Shown here: positions 41,329 through 64,000 of the stretch, piece by piece
How positions within the stretch are numbered: position 1 is the first letter of the stretch
Layout: every line of letters begins with the position of its first letter
From: Chrysomallon squamiferum
Taxonomy: Eukaryota > Animalia > Mollusca
Direction of reading: 5' to 3'
Length of the DNA stretch: 64,000 nt
Assembly (NCBI GenBank): GCA_012295275.1
Contig: CM022673.1
Coordinates: 10,850,001-10,914,000 of the forward strand
Program-made: the position numbers and the translations under genes
The notes under the pieces: model-generated
Database searches by the model: none
Told to the model about the DNA's origin: nothing
Seen by the model: the letters and a program-made list of their open reading frames with translations, nothing else

Positions 41329-42492
41329 ACATAACAATCATACACAGAAAGACTGAAATGGGGAAAGGAGAGAAGAAGAAATGAGAGAGTAACAGTGCAG
41401 TAACAAAAAGAATGTAGAGAGAGAGAAAAACAGAGAAAGTGAATGAGTGAGTGAATGAGTGAGTGAGTGAGTGAGTGAGTGAGTGAGTGATTCAGTTAAA
41501 GTAAAACATTATAATTTTTATTTCCAGAGACTTGTTTTAATATTTGGTGGAGAACTCAGTGATGGACTGAATGGACCTCCTCTCTGGATTCTTAACACAG
41601 GTACACAAATATTTGATTAGCAGAAATATATATTTTATTACAAACATAAAAATATTTTATTAAATCTGTAATTAGTTTTTACTCATTTGATAAAGTGAAA
41701 TATATGTTTTCATAAAAACATTAATTATACAGAATTATTGAAAAAAACATAAAAATATTTTATTAAATTTGTAAATTATTTTTCACTCATTTGGTATATA
41801 CATTTCCTTACAAATGTTAATTATGCAAAATTTACAAATAAACAAAATTTATTTTATTAAATATGTTTTAAATTAATAAATAGAAAACTATTTTATTAAA
41901 TCTGTTAATTAATAGTAGAACAAAAATAAATAATTATATAAATATTTCCTTGAATACATTAAATAGATTAGGAGAAGAAATAAATTTATTTTGTAATTTT
42001 AATTTATGTAAATTGATAAATAAAGAGATATGCTAGACAGACAGATATATACACTGATTAGATAGACAGACAGACAGACAGACAGAGAAATAGATAGTAT
42101 TAAAATAAATACAATGTCTTGTACAAATTTAATTAAAATTTCAGATCTGCTGCATATCAGAAAAATCAGCAGTGACAACGATGTGGCCGATGGGCCAACA
42201 GGACGCAGAGATCACACAGCAGTCATCTACAACAACAACATGTATGTGTATGGTGGGTTTATTGACCTCAAAGGTTCCACAGCTGAATTCTGGAAATTTT
42301 CTATTAGTAAGTACCTTATAGACACACACACACACATAGATGTGTGTATATATTTTGTTAAAAGCATTAATGAAATAAATTATAATAATAATCATAACTT
42401 TATTTTTTTTTTGTGTGTATGTTGTAAGATATGAAAATGCTAAAGAGAGAGACAAATATATCAGAGAGAGAGAGTGAGAAAGAGTGAGCAGG

Positions 42493-42574
<82 letters not shown>

Positions 42575-43384
42575 AAGAAAGAAGGATGAGAGAAATTACA
42601 GAAATAGATATATCAGATTTGTATGAACTATATAACTATTAACAAATGCAATTAAAAATGATTATCTTTTATATTTCTGTGCTATCAGTTTTTAAAATGT
42701 TTTATTCACCAACTTGTTTTAGGAATCACTCTAAACTTTTTGTAATCTTTACTGTTGTATTATAGTGAATTTCAATATATTGTGTTTACACGTGTATGTC
42801 ACGTTTAATGTTTTCACTACCATCACAGATGAAGAGCAGTGGGTGGAAGTGACCTCGAGGTCAAGAGCGACACCTGGTGGTAGACATGGACACGGTGCGG
42901 TTGTAGTGAAAAACACGATGTGGTTGTTTGGAGGAATGAACGGCTTGAACGTCAAGTCTGATGTGTGGAGGTTTTCTTTCAGTGAGTCGTCTTATTTGTT
43001 TTGTTTGTTTTGTTTATTTATTTATCTGTATTTCTATCTATCTGTTTCTCCATCTATCTATTTTATTTTATTTTATTTTATTTATTTTTTATTTCATTTT
43101 ATTTTGTTTTTATTTTATTTTATTTTTTATTTTATTTTATTTTATTTTACTTTTTTTTTTTTACATTTCTTTTTATTTTGTTTTGTTTAATAGTATTTGT
43201 TTATTTATTTATTTATTTATTTTATTATTATTTTTTAATTTATTTTTTTTGTAAATTTTATTTATTTATTTATTGCATTATTTATAGATGTTTATTTGAT
43301 TTCATTTATTTATTTTCATTATTCTATGTAATTATTTTACTTTTTTTGAACAGAACTTTGGTTGTTTTATCTGTTATTATGACA

Positions 43385-43417
<33 letters not shown>

Positions 43418-44041
43418 CTCATTATTATTATTACTATTAGTGAGAATTATTATCATCATTATTGTCATTATTATTATTATTATTAATGATTATTATTTTA
43501 TATTATTATTATTACTACCAATATTATTATCACTGTCATTACAGTTATTATAATTGTTACTGTTGTTGTTGTTGTTGTTGTTGTTGCTGTTGTTGCTGTT
43601 ACAGTGAGTGTATAACTGTATTTCAGCAATGAGAACTTGGCACAGAGTGAAATGTTTGGGAAGTTGTCCTCCAGTCACAGGACACTCCACACACATTGTA
43701 AGTCAGATTATTTATTTATGTTGTGTGTCTGTGTGTGTCTATGTGTCTGTGTGTGTCTATGTGTCTGTGTGTGTGTGTGTGTCACAGGACACTCCACACA
43801 CATTGTAAGTCAGATTATTTATTTATGTTGTGTGTGTGTGTGTGTCTGTGTGTCTGTGTGTGTGTGTGTGTCACATTCCATTCACACATTGTAAGTCAGA
43901 TTATTTATTTATGTTGTGTGTGTGTGTGTGTCTATATGTGTTTGTTTATGTGTGTGTGTGTGTCTATATGTGTTTGTTTATGTGTGTGTTTGTGTCTGTA
44001 TGTGTTTGTTTATGTGTGTGTTTGTGTGTGTGTGTGTCTAT

Positions 44042-44074
<33 letters not shown>

Positions 44075-44281
44075 ACAGGACACTCCACACACATTGTAAG
44101 TCAGATTATTTATTTATGTTGTGTGTGTGTGTGTCTGTGTGTCTGTGTGTGTGTGTGTGTCACAAGACATTCCACACACATTGTAAGATAACTTATTTTA
44201 TTTATTTATGTTGTGTGTGTGTATGTCTGTGTGTGTTTGTGTGTGTGTCTGTGTGTGTCTGTGTGTGTGTCTGTGTGTGTG

Positions 44282-44340
<59 letters not shown>

Positions 44341-47300
44341 TTGTGTGTGTTTTGTATGTGTTTGTGTGTGTGTGTGTGTGAGAGTCTGTGTTTGTGTGTG
44401 TGTGTTTGTGTGTGTGTCTGTGTGTTTGTGTCTGTGTTTGTGTCTGTATGTGTCTGTGTGTTTGTGTGTGTGTGTGTGTCTGAGTGAGTGTTTATTTAAA
44501 GGTTTGAGTGAATATATGTTTAAGATGTATTGAATATTATATTCAGAATGTTTTAAAATGAAAGGCATATTTGTAGATTGACAACATCATGTACATCGTT
44601 GGTGGCGAGGTTCAAGGGGAACTGAAGAATGATGTGTGGTGTCTGCCTCTTGGTAAGTCAGCAGCAGACATTTTGAAACTTGACAAATCTTTTACTTCTG
44701 TTGATTATTCACTTAAACATGTACAAACATGTGCACAAATACATACATATATACATGCATACATAAAAATATACATAAATTTATAAAGAAATATATATAT
44801 ATATGCATGCATATGCACATACATATATTATACACACACATACATAGATACACACACACACACACATATATATATATACTCGAATTCATTCATACATAGA
44901 AACAAACACAAACACGTGTGCCATACATTCATAATGTTATACATACATACATACATACATACACACATACGTGTTATTTGACAACAAAATATTTTATATT
45001 CATGAAATGTTTTTATTATAAATTTATTTATTGTGGGTGTGTGGGGTGGGGATGGTGTATGAGTTATATAATAGATTGTGTTAGGCAACAACAACAGCAA
45101 TAATAAAGATGACGATCATTTATTTTTACAGACACTCTGACATGGAGAAAACTATCCACAGTTAATTCTTCATCTGTGATGCCAGCCGTTACCCTGCATG
45201 CCTCTCTGTGGATTGATCACAGAGCCCTCAGTCAGGACACAGACAGCTCTCGGTGTCTGTCTGAACCTTACCTTCAATCTGTAACCCATGACGACAGTGT
45301 GGTCATCAGACCAGTGACCAGTCCACCAGCCACAGCACTGACCAGTAGCCTGTCTGTCCAGTTCAACCAGATTTCCCCCATCACTTTGGAAACACCAGAT
45401 ACTTGCGGTTCAAAAAGAATAAAACCAAGAGGTCATTTTAATAAAGTTCTGATGAGAATTATTATCCCATTTTGGCAAGAACTGACATTGAAGATGAAAA
45501 GAAGAATGACCAGAAAGCCTTGGTAAGACCGCTGTCCATAGAACTGGACAGAGGAGTGGACAATATTGTTGTCTGTCTTAAGGATGAAGAACAGTTAAAT
45601 GATGTAACACGAGATCCTGTCAAGTTCTGGAATGAAAATTCTGAAGTTAAAACAGAAACAAATGGGATACATAAGTGTGTAGAAATGAAGACAAATTCGG
45701 ATCCTGCAAACTCACAGACTTCTGCAAATGAGGGTAAAGACAAATCAGTGAAAAGAGATGGCCACACTTTTAACAAGAGTTGTCATGGAAGAAACCAGTT
45801 TGTTCACAATTCAGTTATCAAAAAGTTACGAAGAAGTGAAAGAACCTGTAACAGACAGTTGTCTGAAGAAAACCCCAGCAGAACAATTCGCTCGTATCTT
45901 TGTAATGACTTGTATGTTGAAGATCTTGAAATGGTGGACGTATCAGATTATGTTGGATTTGTTCAGGAAGTAGACAGCAATAACCATAAACAAGATCGTT
46001 GTTCAGAATCTATAGAACTTTGTGAAATGTCATCAGATCAAATCACAAATATACCAAAGATCCTTGAAGAAAAGTATATCAGTGATATTAATCCATATGT
46101 ACCATATATCTGGGAAGACAAAGTTACTAGTAATACTGCAGCCATTCCACATATGCCTTGTACTTTTGAAACTAAATTGACCAGTGATATTAATCCACAT
46201 ATACAACAAATCTGTTCAGATAAATGTACCAGTGATGTTATTCCACAATTACCAATTTCTTTGGAGGACAAATACACAGGTGATATTAATCCACAAACAC
46301 AACAAACCATAAGAAGCAAATGTACCCGTGATGCCATTCCACAAATGCTGCAAAGCTTTAATGTGGAGTTTAGTCATTGTAACAATACTAACTTGGATAG
46401 CAAGCAAGCAAGTGATGTTTGTTCAAGTCATTGGATGATTTCTAGTCAAGGAGATCTTGTACACAGTAAAGAAAATGTTTGTATGAGTAATGATGACCTA
46501 CATGGTCAGTCATTTAGAGAAAATGGTCATCTGGTGAACCCTGTTTCTACTGGTCAGCCAGACTTTGGAAATGGTCATCTAGAAAATGATGACCATCATG
46601 ATCAAAGGGTTATCTTTCATTCACGTGGTCAGACAGAAGTGACCAGTGCAAAGTGTTATCCTGAAACATGCAACATTCATCAAGGATGCAGTGACACAAA
46701 TGATACTCTGTTTGAAACCAGTTTTAGTAATCAACCAAAGGATATAGATTTTAATACACAAGCTATGGATTGTGATTCAAATTGTCACCCATTGAACCTT
46801 GACTTCAATCATCAGCTTACATATCATGACTCAAATTGCCAAAAGAAATCCATTGATTCAAATTGCCAACTGAAATACCATGACTCAAATTGCCAACTGA
46901 AACACCATGACCCAAATTGCCAACTGAAACACCATGACTCAAATTACCAAACGAAACACCATGACTCAAATTGCCAACTGAAACACCTCGACTCAAATTA
47001 CCAAACGAAACACCATGACTCATATTGCCAAATTAAACACCATGAATCAAATTACCAACTGAATCACCAAGATTCAGATTACCAAATGAATCGCCACAGC
47101 TCAAACTGTCAACCAACAAGCCAGGACCTCAAGAGTCAACCAGATATTGGTAACAAACTGGTAACAACAGGGACACAAACTGATATTTCAGATTACTGTG
47201 TAATAAATACCCCTAAAAGCCAATACACTGAACAAGCAAAGCCACAGAAGTATCAGCTAGCATCATCCATATTTACTGATCCACACAGCAGAAAGAGCCA

Positions 47301-47382
47301 GCTGCTGGTAATTGGTGGGAAGATGTCAAAGAGTCATATACAGTCAAAACCAATTAGTTTATGGGTGGCTGAAATTTTTTGA
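39937..47382 (+). CDS. Kelch-repeat (six-bladed beta-propeller) protein with a large low-complexity insert in blade 6
   Basis: Exons 39937/39950-40136, 40845-40924, 41528-41600, 42145-42306, 42829-42981, 43627-43697, 44577-44652, 45132-47382. Blades: SRFKHAA..YVFGG..DLWRY, LEGHT..LIFGG..LW, RRDHTA..YVYGG..FWKF, RHGHGA..WLFGG..DVWRF, VTGHST..YIVGG..DVW. Blade 6 begins VTLHAS and ends LLVIGG..ISLW at the C-terminus. One frameshift is needed near 45443. Confidence 0.85.
43674..44215 (+). repeat. Five copies of the Kelch exon-6 end plus donor site, separated by (TG)n
   Basis: GTCACAGGACACTCCACACACATT|GTAAGTCAGATTATTTATTTATGTTG, with donors at 43698 (real), 43805, 43891, 44096 and 44183. Confidence 0.92.
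46825..47110 (+). repeat. Coding 27-bp tandem repeat (HDSNCQLKH-like, 9 aa)
   Basis: CATGACTCAAATTGCCAACTGAAACAC units, about 10 copies, in frame in the last Kelch exon. Confidence 0.9.
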
Positions 47383-48027
47383 ACATTGTTTTCAAAAATT
47401 AAAAACAAATCTGTTTAGAGAAGTTGGGTTTTTTAATGCCTTAAACCATTTTAAAAAATGTTTTAAGATTTTTTTTTTTTTTTTTTTTTTTTCATTATAT
47501 TCATTCAAATCTGTGATATTTGTAGCATAAATTATTGTTGTTAGAATTGTTACTAATACAGATATTTTATGTACAAGTGCATGCTAGTGCATGTATTTAT
47601 GCCTGTAATTTGCAAACCCATAATCGATGGTTTACAGATTTTGTTTTATTTATGTTGCTCAGGAAATGGTTTTTAACATTCATCGATGCATAATAACATT
47701 TTTATTAAGTTTTTATATTAAGATTATGATATACTACATTTTGATTATTCATATCGTTGTGATTGTTTATTATGTAAAGCAGAAGAAGGTAAGACACACT
47801 CATGTCAAGGCTCTCGGCTATAGAGGTTCTGTTTTAGAAATTTTAACAAAAATGTTTATATAAAGTGCATGAAAAGTATGAGATAAATACGTTATGTCCT
47901 TAATTAAAGGATAGTGTGAAAGGAGATGTTTGAGAAAGTAAAAAAAAAAAAAAAAAAAAAAAGTGACATAAAAAGTTGAACAAAATATTTTAAAGGCCTT
48001 TTTTTTTTCATTTGTTGAATGCCAAAA

Positions 48028-48062
<35 letters not shown>

Positions 48063-50445
48063 GGTTATTAAAATTCTGGTTCTTGGAAGAAAATGATTGA
48101 AACGCCAATTCCTCATTCTATATTAATAACACAGGAGCCCAAGAGCCAAACATCATTCGTGTTGTAAATATTTAAATCTAGGCATAAAACAAGCAATTTA
48201 CATTTTAAAACAGAATGTCTATATATAATATGGTAACTAAAATTGATATTACGGAAAACCATGATTGCATAATTCTCTCAATTATTTTGATCAAATCTTT
48301 GTTGACTGAACAACACCAGTTTTATATACAACTTCATCATTTTGTATTTTATAATTTTATTATTATTCTAAACTATTTATTACATATTTTTTCACTCATT
48401 TTAAATTTATTTTGAGAAAAAAACCCACATATTTATTAATTTGATAATTACAAATAGCTTTGTAGTGAGAACCACCATCCATCATAGCTTCCATGAATAC
48501 TGTGATTAGGGGCTTTTCAACAACAAACCAGCTAACAAACATTTATCATAAATGTTATTTTTTTTGCTAATTAATATAAATTTTGCTAGATTCTTTGGGG
48601 GTGATTATTCTTACAAATCAAAGTTTAAAATGTATGTTTTTCTTTAGGTACATCGGGAAACCATTCACATATAAACAGATTAAATACATAGGAATTCAAA
48701 GTGTTTTTAAATCTGTCATTATATGGCATTATGCCTATGGTTAACGACTACACAAATATGTATAGAACTTGTTAGAAACAAGCAAAGGGATATTATAAGA
48801 TTTTTTATAAGCAGGAAAAACAAAAGCGTATTTTGTGTTGTGGTTTATTAATTTGCTTGTTGGTAAAACCATTTTTTGAAAGTAAAATAAATTATTACAA
48901 ATATTACAAATATTGCATAAATAAATCTTTAACCAGTGACTTTAAAATCCAGATATAAATATTTAAAATGGTTTAAATTTATTTCTGTTTCTTTGTGATT
49001 TTGTTAATGTTGTTATTATTAGTACTACTGTTATTTATTGGGTTTTTTAATTTATTTATTTAACTGTTGGTTTGTTAAGTTTTGTTTTGTTATTTTTAAA
49101 TATAAAGTGATTGAACTATGAATATGAAACCAAAGTTTATCTTTAATATTATACAGATTGTATCCATTATCTAGATTTTATCTATTATCTAGAAAATAAT
49201 CTGCCTAAAGTCCAGTTTTATTTAAATATTTTGTATACATTTAATATTATTAATTCAAAATATACTTTTACCTGTAGTCACTTCCCCAACAGCTTTAAGT
49301 TGTAATTAAGGAAAAAAATAATTTACTTACATAGTATCTGAACAAATTACATTTTTAGTTAAATTATTTACTTTTGATTTAGATTTTACATACAACTTCA
49401 ATTTTGTCTAGGACTTAAAATAAGTAGTTTGAATTAAGGGACACAGTATTTTTTTTTAAATTTAGTGTTTTTAATTAGTGGCAACAAAAATTATCTGGGT
49501 GATGAAAATGAATTATTCTGTTTGTGTGACAAATACGCTTCTAAAACAAAATATGCAGTGTTAAAGAAACAATATACATTTACCTCAGTTGAATGATCCG
49601 CATTAAAGTAAAAGAAAAAAAATGGTTTTAGCTGTTATGTTGTAATTTATAGAAGAGTTTTAATTTTATTTTTCAAAAGTTATTTGACAATAAAATATTT
49701 TATATTCATGAAATGTTTTTATTATATATTTATTTTTAAGATCTCTTTGTGAAAACAAATCCATAAAAAAAAAAATAATAATAATAATAATTTACCAAAC
49801 AAAAAATACAGTTAAATTATTATTTTATTTGATTTACACTTAACATTCTTGAACACTTGTGTAACAACTTTATTAAGTAACAAACACATTTGATTCCATA
49901 TCACAAAGACAATTCACATCCTTCCAATGTGAAAAAATACAGAAACTGTTTTGTTTTAAAATACAAACAAGTAGATAAATAAATATTTTTAGAAGAATTT
50001 ATTGGTCTTTTTCTAAAATATATAAACATTGATTATCAAATGGACCAGAATGGGCTGTTAGAAGAGGATTATAGAATTATTATTTTTTTGAATATTGTTA
50101 ATATTAAATAACATTGTTGAGTATACTGGACCAAATGTTTCACCATAGTTTATGTTCTTAGAATTATTGCAATTTACTTTCAGAAATTTTTTAACAAAAA
50201 ATTATATATACATATAACTCAACCCTTGTAGACAGATTTAAAAAGAACATTTTCTTAGAACTGTTCTCAAATCTTTTAATTTTTATTTTATTTTATTTTT
50301 ATTATTTTTTTTTTTAAAACAACAACAACAACAAAAAAAGAACACTGAAATGAATGATCTCACTAAATTCCAATATTTTCAGAACTGTTCACGAGTCATT
50401 TCATAACTGTCAAATTATTCTGCAAAAGATCCATTATGCAATGAA

Positions 50446-50665
50446 AAATTTCACAAATATCTGAAATTTTGTGAAGCAGGTCGAATCTTCATTTCACAAA
50501 GTATCTGAAATTTTCTTAACCACTATTAAATCATCATTTCACAAATATCTTAACTTTTCTTAACCACTATTGAATCATCATTTCACAAATATCTGAAATT
50601 TTCTTAACCACTATTGAATCATCATTTCACCAATAACTGAAATTTTCTTAACCACTGTTGACTCA

Positions 50666-50678
<13 letters not shown>
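50446..50678 (-). repeat. 44-bp tandem repeat that includes the VPS41 stop codon
   Basis: Plus-strand unit TCATCATTTCACAAATATCTGAAATTTTCTTAACCACTATTGAA at about 50663, 50619, 50575, 50531 and 50487, decayed at about 50446. Confidence 0.88.
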
Positions 50679-63429
<12,751 letters not shown>

Positions 63430-63520
63430 CTGAAAAATAAAAAAAAATGTATGTGAAAAATGTGGAGTATTTCCAGGATTAACAGATAATGTTAGGAGTG
63501 CGTGTTGTGTGTGTGTGTTT

Positions 63521-63574
<54 letters not shown>

Positions 63575-63794
63575 GTGTGTGTGGGTATGTTTGTTTGGAA
63601 GAAAAATAAACTGAAATAAACAACAATAACAATAATAAAATTAATAATAACTTAAAATTTTAAAAACATAATAATTATTTATATTAAGATAATAAGTAAA
63701 ATAAATACATATTTAAAAATTTAAATAATAATGAAATAAAAATTATGAAATAATAATAATAATAATAATAAAACAATTATGATGATTATTATAT

Positions 63795-63839
<45 letters not shown>

Positions 63840-64000
63840 AATTTCTTTTTTAAGTTTTAATCTTGAATAAATGTTTGTCAGAAATTAAAACAGAAACTAC
63901 ACAAAAATAAATGTACTATCACCAAACAGTATTACTGTTTTATATATATATTTTTTAAAACTTTAAGTAAATTTTACCTATTTCTACATATTTGTTGGGA

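Noticed and set aside
45430-45450. Programmed -1 ribosomal frameshift
   Set aside because: No X-XXY-YYZ slippery heptamer at this site, and the -1 frame has TAA TAA at 45439-45444. Other indels in the window point to sequence error.
45472-47382. 636-aa ORF as a stand-alone gene
   Set aside because: It starts at TTG, overlaps the Kelch terminal exon frame and ends with the missing Kelch strands, so it is better explained as the same exon with a 1-bp indel.
39937-47382. Naming the Kelch gene LZTR1 or a specific KLHDC
   Set aside because: No BTB/BACK domains were seen and orthology cannot be judged by eye.

Overview
AT-rich, microsatellite-dense animal genomic DNA. A mollusc or other lophotrochozoan is my inference only. 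Six intron-containing protein-coding genes can be rebuilt by hand from GT-AG junctions and reading frames: the 3' half of an integrin alpha subunit (+, <1-4976); a 14-exon SUGCT-like CoA-transferase family III gene (-, 8094-15329); two tandem PLAC8/cornifelin-family paralogs (-, 18960-20949 and 26199-29590); a Kelch beta-propeller gene whose last blade is split by a ~690-aa insert (+, ~39937-47382); and the 3' part of VPS41 (-, 50666->63429). There is also a deleted Tc1/mariner element, a decayed LINE 3' end, and many micro- and minisatellites. The most unusual signal is a recurring class of tandem arrays whose unit is a copy of an exon edge: a splice donor, a splice acceptor or a stop codon plus flanks. 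There are five clear cases and one decayed candidate in three genes, several decaying with distance from the real exon. A few single-base frameshifts and one scrambled exon suggest imperfect long-read consensus, so assembly artefact must be excluded for those lesions. No prokaryotic features or CRISPR arrays were seen.
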